A model generated the notes under the pieces. It worked only from the letters and a program-made list of their open reading frames with translations, ran no database searches and had not been told where the DNA came from. From Camelus dromedarius (taxonomy: Eukaryota), in NCBI RefSeq assembly GCF_036321535.1, contig NC_087466.1, positions 13,578,001 through 13,642,000 of the forward strand: DNA of 64,000 nucleotides, given 5' to 3'. Numbering within the stretch: the first letter of the stretch is position 1; every line of letters begins with the position of its first letter. Both the position numbers and the translations under genes were made by a program. Below are positions 49,318 through 61,095 of this stretch, piece by piece.

Positions 49318-50014
49318 CTGCCAAAATAAAAGAGAGTCTGTGAGCTCTGGCTTGCAGCCCCCTTCTGGGGTCAATACCTCAATGGCTTTCCAAATTACGA
49401 GCCCTGGTTCTAGGACCACTCCTTGAGTGTTGAGTGAGACCACAGCACACCTACGGCGTTGTCTGGAACGTATCAACGTACCCTCGCCCTCCACAATGAC
49501 AGCTAGCCATCTGCATTTGATGCTACCTGTATTTAAAAGATTTCTAGCCACATCTGACTCAGGAAGAACAGATCACACCTTAACCCATCAGACCACATTT
49601 CCTTCCTTCCCAAATTTTAATGGGTACGGGAGACATGCGGGGATCTTGTTAAGATGCAGATCCTGATTCAGATGGGAACAGGGTGGGGCTTGAGATGCTG
49701 CATTTCCAACAAGTTCCCAGGAGATGCTGATGCTACTGGTTCCCACACGTCACACTGAGTAGCCAGGAACTACACTTGTGCTGTTCGCAGTGGCCATTGG
49801 CCACATGCGGCTATTTAAATTTAAATTCTTTCAAATTGAATACAATGAAAAATTCTGCTCCCCACTGGTACTAGCCCCATGTCAAGTACTCAACAGCCAT
49901 GTGGGGCTAGGAACTGCCGTACAGGGTGGTACAGGTATAGGACATTTATATGCTCATAGAAAGGTTTATTGGATGGTGCAAGACTGCCCCATTCAGCGTT
50001 CTCTTTTTAAAAAT

Positions 50015-50260
50015 TTTTTTCCTTTTTTTGAAATTGAAGTATAGTTGATGTATGATATAATATGTTACAGGTGTATACTATAGTGATTCAGAATTTTTAA
50101 AGGTTATCCTTCACTTACAGTTATTATAGAATATTGACCATATTCTGTGTTGTACAATATAACATTGTAGCTTATTTTATACATAATAATTTGTACCTCT
50201 TAATTCCCTGCCTCTGTAGTGCCCCTCCCCTTTCCCTCTCCCCACTGGTAACCACTACAG
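50015..50260 (-). mobile_element. Young laurasiatherian L1 3' end
   Basis: ttttttgaaattgaagtatagttgat...tgttacaggtgtatac...ccccactggtaaccac. Confidence 0.75.
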
Positions 50261-50513
50261 TAGTCTCTTTCAATAAAGTTACGGTCTTTAGACATTTCAA
50301 GGGTCTCTCATGTTTCACATTTCAAGTAAATATGAAAAATCTTCAGCACTGACACATAACCTGAAAAGAGATTGGATTTCTTATTAAATTGTTTTGAAGG
50401 GGAAGAAAAGATGTCATTGGGACTCAGACCTCAGCATTAGAGGCTCAGGAGCTTCAAGATTTAAAAAAACAAAACCAAAAATGGTTTCCAGTTTTCCTCT
50501 AAAAGTGGTAAGT

Positions 50514-50519
50514 TTTATT
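50514..50519 (-). terminator. Candidate intronic poly(A) signal AATAAA between the mu exon and exon 17
   Basis: Minus strand: AATAAA acttaccacttttagaggaaaactggaaacca tttttggttttgttttttt (U/GU-rich downstream element). A long U-rich tract lies upstream. Confidence 0.4.
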
Positions 50520-51139
50520 CTTAGATTAAGACAAAAACCAAACCAAACCAAACAAAAAAAAACCTCTAAGACCAACCCCCCAACAAACCCCAAACAAAAA
50601 CCCCTACAAAACCCCCAAATCAAAAACCAAAACAAAACACAAAAAAACAACACACCAATCTGAATGCAAAAGACAAAAAAAGANNNNNNNNNNNNNNNNN
50701 NNNNNNNNNNNNNNNNNNNNNNNNNNNNNNNNNNNNNNNNNNNNNNNNNNNNNNNNNNNNNNNNNNNNNNNNNNNNNNNNNNNNNNNNNNNNNNNNNNNN
50801 NNNNNNNNNNNNNNNAAATAAGCCTGTAACACATCAGGGGGTGGCTGTGTTGTTAGTGCGGGAGGGGTGGTTGATGGTTGTGGGGTAAAAATAACGGCAC
50901 ATGTATTTGTAGGAGGTTGGAGGTTTTTCCAAATGTGTTGTTTTTTTGTTATTATTCTTTGATCCTGGCAGCAGCTCCCAGAAGTGGTCAGGGCAGATAG
51001 TTTCTTCCCATTTGGTGGATGAGAAAGACGGAGGCCCAGAGAGGTCAAGCGACTTGCGCAAGGTTACTCAGCGAGTTAGTGGCACAGCCTAGGGTAGAAC
51101 GCTGGTCTCCTTGAGACCCGGATGCGGTCTTGGCTGCTG

Positions 51140-51279
51140 CAGCACCGAGCATGCGTACACACCTACACCTTGACAGGCACGCATGCGCGCACACGCACTC
51201 CTCACGCACGAACACAAGGCATACACGAGCGCATATTTGCATGCACGCACATGCACACACGCATGCGCACACACGCGCT
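51140..51279. repeat. Degenerate (CA/CG/TG) purine-pyrimidine repeat containing (U)GCAUG motifs on the NOS1 sense strand
   Basis: Plus-strand catgca at 51240-51245 and 51250-51255. catgc at 51150, 51182 and 51262. Confidence 0.85.
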
Positions 51280-51283
51280 CTAC

Positions 51284-51385
51284 CTGTGCTGGCTGTCACG
51301 GGCTGCAGCCAGACCGTGGAGTTCTCTGTCACCTCGGGGAAGGGGAGGCCCTTTACGGGGAAAGAAACGCAAGGGTTCCGGGTAC
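51284..51385 (-). CDS. NOS1: NOS1 alternative mu exon (102 nt, 34 aa): (K)YPEPLRFFPRKGPPLPRGDRELHGLAAARDSQH(R)
   Basis: tag|G TAC CCG GAA...CAC AG|gtag, phase 2-2, open frame. Matches the recalled nNOS-mu insert KYPEPLRFFPRKGP...AARDSQHR. Not in the ORF track in this frame. Confidence 0.95.
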
Positions 51386-52352
51386 CTAGAGGGGAGAATT
51401 GATGGTGCCCTATCTCTCCCTGGAGGAGGGGTGAGGAGGACCTGCTGAAGACCACCCGGATGGGGTGGGAAGGAGAGAGGCAGGGAGAGTGAGGACTAAG
51501 ATACTGGCATTGGGCACGGAATGAGGGCTGAACACAAGGAACTCAGCTGTCCCCTGGAATATGGAATGTATGCAAGTTTGGCAACATGGGCTTGGCTGAA
51601 AGAAAACCAGGAGGGATTTTCTGCAGAACGCAGCCTCTAAACACCAGTCAGCGACGGCATGTGATGTTCAACTTAAGACCGGCTCCACGTTGGAGGAAAC
51701 ACGATGTTGATCTCACAGAAAGGCAGCTCTGTCTGCACAGGCCATCTGTTCTCTATTTGGGTGGATTTAAGGTCTTTTCAAGGGTAATTTTGACTACGGG
51801 TGTTTGTCACCTGATGAAGTTATCTTTAGAGTCCAATCCCATGTTAGATGCAGTTTCACCAGCAACAGATTTTGACCTCAGGCACGTTTCATCTTATAAG
51901 ATATCTTATCTTTTTGAGTCAACCTCCACGTTAGTGAATGCAACTCCACTAACATCAGGGGGAAATGTTCCAGGGAAAGAAGCTCACGGATTCTGCATGT
52001 AGGTTTCCAAAGGGAGGAGATAGTAAGAACTGGTATTTACACAGCACTCATAACTTTTCACAGGATGCTGACGTCTGTTTTCCAGTTTGATACGTACAGG
52101 TTAGACACTTCAAGCAGGGATAATAAACCCAATTTGATGGAAAAAGAAACTGAAGCACAGAGCTGTGAAGTGACCAAAGGGACCACAATCTCCACCCCAG
52201 TGGACCACATACACCTACCTACTAAAAAGCAGTTACAAATGGACTTTAGGTCTCAAAACCATCCAGAACTCAGATGTGAACCCCAGATGCCAAAAGACAA
52301 GTTTCAGTTACCCCATGGGCTGTCATGTGATACTGGCAGGTCATTCACTTAC

Positions 52353-52411
52353 TTCCTTTCCTCGTGCACAGAGTTGGGGTGCCTCATTTCCATCAAAGCG
52401 CAGCCGAACTT
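52353..52411 (-). CDS. NOS1: NOS1 exon 16 (59 nt): KFGCALMEMRHPNSVHEER(K)
   Basis: Hand translation. Canonical splice sites. Confidence 0.96.
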
Positions 52412-52971
52412 CTGGAGGTTGAAAGAGATGAACAAAATGTGAGGCATGTATGATTAAATCTGGAACAAGGTTGGGCAGCACTGAGGGTCTGGGGTCCTGA
52501 CTGGCAAACGAGGAGCCTGATACCTGGGGGCCAGGGTGTCAGAGATGGTCAGGGGCTCGGGCTGGGCAGCCAGGCTGCAGGTGCACGTGGAGCAGGGTTG
52601 TTTACAAAGGGCTACGGAGGTGTGGACTGCCCCCACCACCCCCAGCACACGAATCCCTTTTGTGGCTTTTTACAAAAATATTGTCCCCACTTCTCTCATC
52701 TGGAGCAGAGGACCCCAAGCTCTTGATTGGAGCATCCATTTGAAAGAACTAGCTCACTCAGGTGAAAATATTTTCACTAGGGATCAGCTAGTCAGTGGAC
52801 ACCAATAGACTGAGGACTTGGAATTGTCCAATCTTTGCAGAACTTGAATCCAAATCGAGATCACTGGCTCTGAGGTTCTGGGAGAATTTGCTGCTGAATA
52901 GCAGGTGTAACTGCTGCCCCTCCTTCCTGCTCATGGAAACACATGCTAGAACAGGAGAAAGCTCATCTCAC

Positions 52972-53076
52972 CTCCCCGTTCTCAGGGGGGTCTCCATTGC
53001 CAAAGGTGCTGGTAACCACCAGGACCAGAGTTTCATGTTCCAGGTGCACAATGTCATATTCTTCCATGGACATCAC
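52972..53076 (-). CDS. NOS1: NOS1 exon 15 (105 nt): [35 protein letters not shown]
   Basis: FMN-binding STFGNGDPP motif. Canonical splice sites. Confidence 0.97.
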
Positions 53077-54041
53077 CTAGGTGGGAGAATGATGGGGGGG
53101 GGAGGAGGGGAGAAAGTGATGAAGAGAGAAAAAGGGTGGGAGGGAACAAAGTGGTGGGGGGAGAGGAGAGAGGCAAAAACGATGGGTCTTCATGGGCCGT
53201 CTCCTTCATAAGAACCAAATTTCTGAGTGCCACTATTTCAGTGGACTCAAGTGGGTAGAATGAAAAGCTTTTTAGTAATATGGAACCTTCCTGTGCTCAC
53301 TGTGGTCTGCAGGACCACAGAGAGTCTGGGGCAATGGGTTGGCTGCCAGTAAAGACAGATCTTGACTGGGACTCCTTACAACCAACTGATGCTGGAGTCT
53401 TCTTGACCAAGTTTAGGCTGGGAATGACCCAGCTGGATCTGACCAATTATCTGCTCAGCTTCCTTTTTAACCCTCCCTCCAACTGTATGGAGGACCTGGG
53501 CCAAAAAAGTCTGAGATATCTACCTTTGGGAAAGTTTGTTACCCTGTATCTTAGCGTTACTTGAGCAACATTTCTCAAAGTAGGTTCTAGGGAAGCCTGG
53601 TCTCCAAAGATGCTCCTTGAAAGTAAGTGAGCCATAAGCAAACATATTTGGGAAACATTTCCATTCTCTCCTCTCCTCTTTTGGAGATGATAACCCATAC
53701 TTGCAGGTTAAAGGCTCTGAGAAGTCCTGCAGCAAATAAAGCCACTTAACTGTATTAAATGCCTAGCTTCCCAAACTGACTCCAGAATTGTTTTTCATAA
53801 GCTTTCTAACATTTCGCTCTAGAGATGGGGGTGGGGATTCCTGGACTCCTAGAGGGTTCTCAGGGAGAGAAGCATCAGAGTCCCCTGAAATATAAGCAGA
53901 TGTGTGTGACTGGGCTGATGGGCATCTTCAGATGTGCCTTCACCCATTCTCAAGGGGTGCTTCTCTGCTAACTTCCCTCTCTCCTCTTCCCAACTTCATT
54001 TACCAGGAGGGGCTGGAGAGCTGGCCCTGCCCTCTACCCAC

Positions 54042-54186
54042 CTTGGCATCAAAGGCGTGTTTGAAGATCTCACACAAGGTTTTGGCATAAGCCTGCGATT
54101 TGCCCGTCTCTGTGGCATAAAGGATGGTAGCCTTGACCCTCTTGGCCATTGCCTGCCCCATCAGCTTGGCTGAGAACTTGACAGCT
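54042..54186 (-). CDS. NOS1: NOS1 exon 14 (145 nt): (E)[48 protein letters not shown]
   Basis: End of the calmodulin-binding helix plus the [11 protein letters not shown] phosphate loop. Confidence 0.97.
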
Positions 54187-54582
54187 CTGTGGCGGGGGAT
54201 AGGATGGAAAGAAAAATGGGAAATGTGGAAAGGAGGGAGGATGCCAGGCTGGGACTTTGGGGCAAGAACCATGATCCATGAAACACAACAGGAGGGAACT
54301 TACTCTCCTAATCTCGGGTGGCTTCAGGGACACTCAAAGCCCAAGTGTAGGTGCCATATTTATCCCTTTATAAGTCCCTCCAGAGCAACCAGTCATGAGC
54401 TAACACGGTTGGTTAGTTTTGATGGTTTGTTACTTGATTGATTGCCCTCATTCTTGAGAACCTTGGTTCGCCAAGCATTGCCGGAAAGATGACCATTCTT
54501 TCACCAAATGTTTATTGAGTGCCTAACTATGTGCCAGGAGTTGTTATAGGGACCGAAAAACATAGAGAAATGGCTGTCATTC

Positions 54583-54589
54583 GTGTGTG

Positions 54590-54622
<33 letters not shown>

Positions 54623-54654
54623 AGAGAAAGAGAGAGAGTGAGAGAGAGTGAGAG
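54583..54654. repeat. Compound (TG)n(AG)n microsatellite
   Basis: Directly visible. Confidence 0.9.
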
Positions 54655-55759
54655 GAACGAATCACTAATAAATCACCAGATTAGAAGGGATTTTAGATAT
54701 TTATAAACCCACAAAGGAAGGACCGGGTGTGGGTGGATCAGCCATGCATGTCTAGGGTCTTGCACAGCCTGATGCTTAATTGGCACTAAATACGTATCCA
54801 TCAAAAGGAGGAATGGATTTCAATGCTGCTACCACCAAAGCCCTGGAGAGTTTAAGGGGCAAGTCTATGCTCTTTCCATTTAAATGGAGAATTCAAAACC
54901 ATCTACGAGGGCATGGGGAATGCAGGCAGGCCAGAGGCTCAGGAATGCCTGGGCTCACCTTCCGATCAAGCATCCCTGTTCTAACTAGGAATCTCAGAGC
55001 AGGCAAATTGCTAATTACCCCCACCTGCGGATTAGGTGGTAAATTCATCACTTCTTAGAATCAGGGAAACCACCCACGCTGCCAGAGCTAAGAGGGGAGA
55101 AACAGAAAAGAATAAAAGGTGCCTGGAGGGTTCCCTCTGAATGATCGGAGCATAAAAAAGTACCTAAAATTAACTCCCACTGTTTCTACCCCAAACTTAA
55201 TAGTGCAATTAACGCTTTAGATTTCTCCCTCCCTTTTTCCCTTGGGAACATCTGAACTGAACTGGAGCCAAAGGCTGCCATCCCTGAGAATATTCGTGAT
55301 GCTCTTGTTGTGGGAAGAAGGGCGGCTGATGTACTCTTCCTTGGCTGGAAGACAAAGTTAGGTGGAAGGAGAAGGACAGGGAAGACAGAGGGAGAGATCT
55401 CGTGGGCCATATTAGTGGAGCCAGGACCTAGGTTTCAGTCTCTGCAAGATGAGCAGTGTCTCACTTCGGGGGTCCATGGCATGGACAGCACCCATGGTAC
55501 AACGAGGTACCATATGTAGAGAGTTCTGGACCAAAGGAGCGAAGGAAAGTGAGTTAGTAGCTCGGTACATACCTAGCTCCTCTGCCAGGAAGTTAGCTCC
55601 AAGTAGAGGGTCTCTGCCAAGTGGATCAGGGGAGCTCTCTATCTTTAGACAGAAGGCTGGCATCCCCATGAAACCATCTCAGTCAGCCACACCCCACCTG
55701 TCAGCTGGCATCCTGGCTGGCCATGTGTTCTTCTGGACAATTACTCTTTAGTAGCCTTT

Positions 55760-56105
55760 GTCCATAACCCCCTTCCCTCCCTCCTTTGCTCAGGGACATC
55801 TTGTTCATTTCATTCTTCAGCTCAACTATCATCTCCGGAAGGAAGCCCCTTCTGACCTCCCAAACTTGGTGAAGTCTCTTTGATGGAGCCATTCCATCAA
55901 ATGGAATCAGTCCCTGATGGTACTCGCAATGCTTACTGCATTTGTGTGCTTCTTTGACAAATGAATGGCTATGAGCTCCGTGAGGGCAGGGACCACACGA
56001 TCTGGCTCATTATGGCATCCCCAGAGCCCAGCACAGCGCCTGGCACCGAGCAGGCATTCTGTATCTACTTACTGGCTGAATGAATGAATGAATGAATGAG
56101 TAAGT
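55760..56105 (+). mobile_element. L2 3' end
   Basis: tgagctccgtgagggcagggacc...cccagagcccagcacagcgcctggcac...tgaatgaatgaatgaatg. Confidence 0.75.
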
Positions 56106-56573
56106 GAAATGAGAGTTCAGCCCTGGGCGAGAGCTCTCCCTAGGCAGGGGTGTGCTGGCACCAGGTCATGCCAGCTCCTCCCTACTCTGGGTTCAGTGAC
56201 TTCCTATTGGGAGCTGGAAACTGGCCTTAGTGGGAGCATTTACATCATGAAAATGGCCAAATGTTACAAATCTATTATCATCACTATGGCCATCACTATT
56301 ATTAGGAGAGCTGGTTTACCAACACAACACTGCCTCCAGGACAAGAATTTACGAACCTGGGGTGAAGAAGTGAGGCTGGGAAGGAGGAGAGGTGTGGCAA
56401 TGTTCATGTCCCAGACTCTGAGACAAAGAAGGCACGAGGGGGTTGGAGAAAGTGGAGAAATTACATCACACGAGAGGTCAGAGGCACAAGTATCTTCCCA
56501 GCTTCCCTTTCTGGGGCTCTCTGAATTCTGGGGCATGCTCACTCCCCATCCCCACCTGCTTTAGGAGACTTAC

Positions 56574-56659
56574 TCTGCCAGCTTCTTGAAGCCGATGGCT
56601 CGCCGCTTTGTGGGGGTCCCGTTGGTGCCTTTCCAGACATGGGTGTTCCAAGGGTCAGG
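56574..56659 (-). CDS. NOS1: NOS1 exon 13 (86 nt): PDPWNTHVWKGTNGTPTKRRAIGFKKLA(E)
   Basis: Oxygenase C-terminus and start of the calmodulin-binding motif RRAIGFKKLAE. Canonical splice sites. Confidence 0.97.
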
Positions 56660-57070
56660 CTGGGAAGAGAGGACTATGGTCACTCCAGTGAGGGATGCTG
56701 GCTCCGCTTGGGAGATGCTCAGGACTCCCTGGGGGCTTGTGGCTGCCCAGCCATGCCCAACCTTTAGCCCTTGAAGGGAGTGATTCTGGTGGTGACCACA
56801 GGGGGCCTGGCACAGAGCGGCTGGTCCAGCGTCTCTGCCTCGTCCAGCTAGACCTTCACACTCAGCCCTGAGATACTCTCAAACCCTCTCCTTGTGACCC
56901 TAGACTACTCATTTTGTCTCCACTGGTCTTTCAGCTTGAGCTGTGCTGTCCAGTATGGTGGCCACACTTACGTGTCCAAGATGCTAATTTGAACGGAGAT
57001 GTGCTCTAAGCATAACGTACACACGGGCTATGGAAGACCTAGCATGAAAGAGGCGGGGAGGGGGCAGGAC

Positions 57071-57265
57071 CTGGTATTCGAAGGAGGGGGTGAGCCGGTA
57101 GTTGAGCATCTCCTGGTGGAAGACGGGGGTGATGCTGCCAGACATGGGGGGCACAATCCACACCCAGTCGGCGGGGCAGCCCCCCCGGCAGCGGTACTCA
57201 TTCTCCATGTGCTTAATGAAGGACTCGGTGGCCGAGTGGTGGTCCACGATGGTCACTTTGTCACT
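57071..57265 (-). CDS. NOS1: NOS1 exon 12 (195 nt): [65 protein letters not shown]
   Basis: BH4-binding [11 protein letters not shown] motif. Canonical splice sites. Confidence 0.98.
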
Positions 57266-58754
57266 CTGTGGGAGGAGAGGGGACAAGGAGTCAGAAGGTA
57301 GGAGAAGCTGGGGTTTTTGGGGTTTTGGGACTCCTTCACGCATAGAGCAGTGTTTCCCAAGGGGTGGTTCTGGAGATGATTTTAGGTAAAAAGTGTCAAG
57401 TGATTCTCTGTGTTGTATGTTCAATCCTGATTACACCCAGGAGAAAGTCCCCATGTGGCATGAATTCACCTTTAACTTCTCTCTTACCAATCTTCCTCTC
57501 TCCGTTTCCCCAACTCCTTTTTTTCTTTTTTAATGAGAGAGGAACCTCAGGCAACTAGAATCTAACAACTCTGTGTTGTTTTCCCCATGTGTATTATATT
57601 TATTTAAATTTAAAATTCTCTTCCATTTATGGTAAATGATACTGGCTCTCCATTTATGCTGGTCATACAAAATCCTCTTAAAAAATTTTTAAGTAATAAG
57701 GATGAGTTTATCAAAAGGAAAACAAGTCAATCTCGGCAGAGGTGGGTGGACTGAACGTCTGGGTAACCCAGCCCCAGGGCACCCTGCGATTGGCTGGCTT
57801 GGAGTCCTGCCTTACCCGGGCAGTGTTTCCTCTCTCTGCCCACAAAACTTTGCCCCTGTTCCTGCACTTTTCTTTTTCAGTCATTCATCTCACTCACATC
57901 TCTGCTGTCTCTGGCTCGTCAGTCTGTCCATCAAGCCACACTCCATCATTTTCAACAACTCCCAAGACTTCACTCCTCTGTGGTCGAGAGGGAAAGAAGG
58001 GGGCTTCCTTCCCCCTCACCCCATCTCAACTGGTCCCTTCCCTGGGATATATAGTCCTCAGTATACTCAGGATCCCTGCTCCTGACATGGGGACTTATGG
58101 TTTATATTCATGTCTATACATGACTTGATATGTTCATTCAGCTCTCTGTGCATGCCTTCTATGTATGTCTATGAGGGTCTGGCTTCCCAGAGTGTCACCC
58201 CCAGAGCTCGTCTCTACTCTAGACAGTGACCTCTGTTCTATGGGGTCTCCTGGTTTGCCCAGGAGAATCCCAGCTTATGCACGTATAGTGTCACAATTAT
58301 TACTGGTGTCCCCCCTGTTGTTCTCCAAAGTGTCACAGTTTAGCTGATAATTTTTAAAGCCATCATACTATACATAATAGCCTCTGCCCGGAAGCCACAT
58401 GCATTGGCGGGGGCGAAGGGGCTATACACTTCTAATGAAGATGAGTATTTATCTCTGCTATGTAAAAGTCTGAGTGTTTAAGAGGTGGCAAGACATAGAG
58501 GATGTTTACCATCTCAATTCTAAAAATCATGAGCAATAAATCACAAAGCCCCTGGGTACTCTTCTTGTCCTCAAATGGTCCCCATCCAAGATCCATCGTG
58601 AGAAAGGCATGTGTGATGGGAAGGACACCTCGCTGGTGGACAGGTCCCTGCAAAGACGGTTTCTGCTAGGTAGGCTTAAGACTTGCTCCAAGGCTCTGAA
58701 AGGTTTTAGTTCCCCACTGAGGCTTGGCAGCCAGGAGGTGTGCCCAGGTGCTAC

Positions 58755-58856
58755 CTGGAAGCTGTACAGAACTGCAATGTTGATCTCCACCAGCGCCTGG
58801 TCCTTCCATAGGGAGGATGTCTTTCTCATATCCAAGTTCATCTTCTTGGCCACTTC
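58755..58856 (-). CDS. NOS1: NOS1 exon 11 (102 nt): [34 protein letters not shown]
   Basis: Matches nNOS. Canonical splice sites. Confidence 0.97.
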
Positions 58857-58974
58857 CTGAAAGGGGAAGGAAACACAGGCTCACAGGCTGGGGCACCTCT
58901 GGATTTCAGACCAAAGAAGGACAGGACTAGTGTCACTAATGAAATTCTTAATTAATTAATCAACTCATATGCAG

Positions 58975-59560
58975 CCTAATTCACTCACTCACTCAGAAAT
59001 TTTTTTATCGAGGAGCTGCTGGTGGCAGGACACTAGAGGGACTTCGCTGGTCTTTGATTATTGAGCTTACCTTCTAGTGGGGGAGAGAGACACTTAATAT
59101 TGTGATGAGGGCGAATTCCTAGGAAGAAAATAAGGCAAGGAAATGGGATGAAGAGAGAGATGGGGGCAGGATGAACTGAACCAGGATAGTCAGGGAAGGC
59201 CCACCGTGGAGGTGCGTACAGGTGAGACCCAAATGATGGGAAGAAGCAAGACATTTGCAAATCCTGGGAGGGGATGTTCTAGGCAGAGAGAACAGCATGT
59301 GCAAAGACCCTGGGGGTGGGATCAGACTTGCACCCTCTGAGATACAGAAAGAAGGCCAGTGTATTTGGAGGGTTGGGAGCCAGGGGGAATTGGTGAGACA
59401 GAGAGAGAAAGAGGCAAGACCGGATCATGCAGGATGTTGAAGGATGTGTAAAGAAGTCAGGAATCTATTCCAAATATGATGAGGAGGGACTTTGGAGGGT
59501 TTTAAGGAAAAATGCTGGTCTGGGGAGTGACATCGTCTGTGTTCTAGTAGGAAGAGCTCT
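58975..59560 (-). mobile_element. L2 fragment
   Basis: ttcactcactcactcag...agggaaggcccaccgtggagg...ggcagagagaacagcatgtgcaaagaccctg. Confidence 0.65.
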
Positions 59561-60659
59561 CCACCTATCCTGTTCCGTCTCTGGAATGGCCACTGTTGGA
59601 ATCCAGATCATGGATGGGTATTTTGAGCTCATGAGGACACTTGCCTCCTCCATCTGACAGATGAGGAAACTGAGGCTCAGAGAGGGGCACAGACTTGCTC
59701 ACAGTCCACAGAGTCAGCTGGCCTCGGGGCTGGAGCCCAGGTAGATGCGTAATGCCCAAGACCTGGGAGCGGCTCCCCCACCAGCTGACTCCTGCGGCAA
59801 AACCACTTGGCAAAAACAACTCTTGACATTTCTGTTACAGCTGGAGCTGAAGCCGGAGCTGATGTCAGGAGTTGGGGAGACTCAATAGCAAATTCATTAA
59901 TTAGAGCCTGGCTTCTCACTTCCTCTGTCAATTCTAGTCACTTGCAGGAACCTAGGTCTCATTATGGGGCTGGAGTGTGACAATTTCTCAGGTTTGGGTA
60001 AATTGCCTCCCAGCCCCAGCTGTCAACATTTGTACATAATGGCAGTTAGAATTGGACGGCTGGGGTGGGAGGGAGTCTCATTTAAGTAACCCAGTGACTA
60101 CTTTTTGCAGTCAAAATGCAAGCAGGGATCATGAATGCAGGCTTATCAACTTACTCTTTTGAGGCTGAGGCGTTAGGTTCTGTTTGGGGTCTTTTAGCGG
60201 TGACACAAACGCAGAGAAAAAGAAACGTGCTGCTTTACATAAATATATATATATAAAACCTGAGTTATTTTATGAAAGGGGAGAGTGTGTACAGCCAGTC
60301 AAGCTGCTATCGTCACTTTTATAGCACTGTTTTGGTTAAAAGAACACAAATTAGTTGCAGGAAAAAATATATATGGCTCTAAACACTTCCAGATATGACT
60401 TGAGCCACAGCTATAGAAATTGCCCGAAATAGCTTTTCCTTTCCTTCCAGAAGTTTGTACCGATCACTGGCTACACAGCAGAATCTTCTGAGGAGCTCTG
60501 AGAAGTGCTGGTACCCGGGTTCCACCCTGGAGCAACTTCATCTGAATCCTGGGGAATGAGACCCAGGGCATGAAAAAAAAACTCCCTAGGAAATTCCAGT
60601 GTGTGGCAAGGCTGAGGACCCCTGGTTCTGTTTTCCAGGCTAACTAACACCCATGGAGT

Positions 60660-61095
60660 TCTTTTTAACTAAAGTAAAACTGACTTGTAACATTGTGGGA
60701 ATTTAAGGTGTACAGAGTGTTGGTTTGATACATTTTTGTATTGCAGTGTGATTGCCACCTTAGCGTTAGTTAACATCTCGATCACATCATGTAATTACCA
60801 CTTCTTTTTTGTAGTGAGAACAATTAAGATACAGTCTCTTAGCAACTTTGGGATTTATAACACGGTATTATTGTTGACTATAATCATTATGCTGTGAATT
60901 AGATCTCCAGGACTCATTTATCTACTAGTTGCTAGTCTGTACATTTAAACAACATCTTCCTTAGTTCCTCTGCCCCCCAGCCCCTGGTAACCCCCACTCT
61001 ACTTTCTGTTAGTTTTCATATGTAAGTGAAATGACATAGTATTTGTCTTTTTCTGTCTGACACTTCTTACTTAGTATAATGTCGTCAAGGTCCCC
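60660..61095 (-). mobile_element. L1MA-type 3' end
   Basis: gtgagaacaattaagatacagtctcttagcaac...attagatctccaggactcattt...cccctggtaacccccactctac. Confidence 0.75.

Noticed and set aside
50506-50513. Plus-strand splice donor consensus (g|gtaagt) suggesting an antisense exon
   Set aside because: No matching acceptor or exon could be supported, and such hexamers are frequent by chance.
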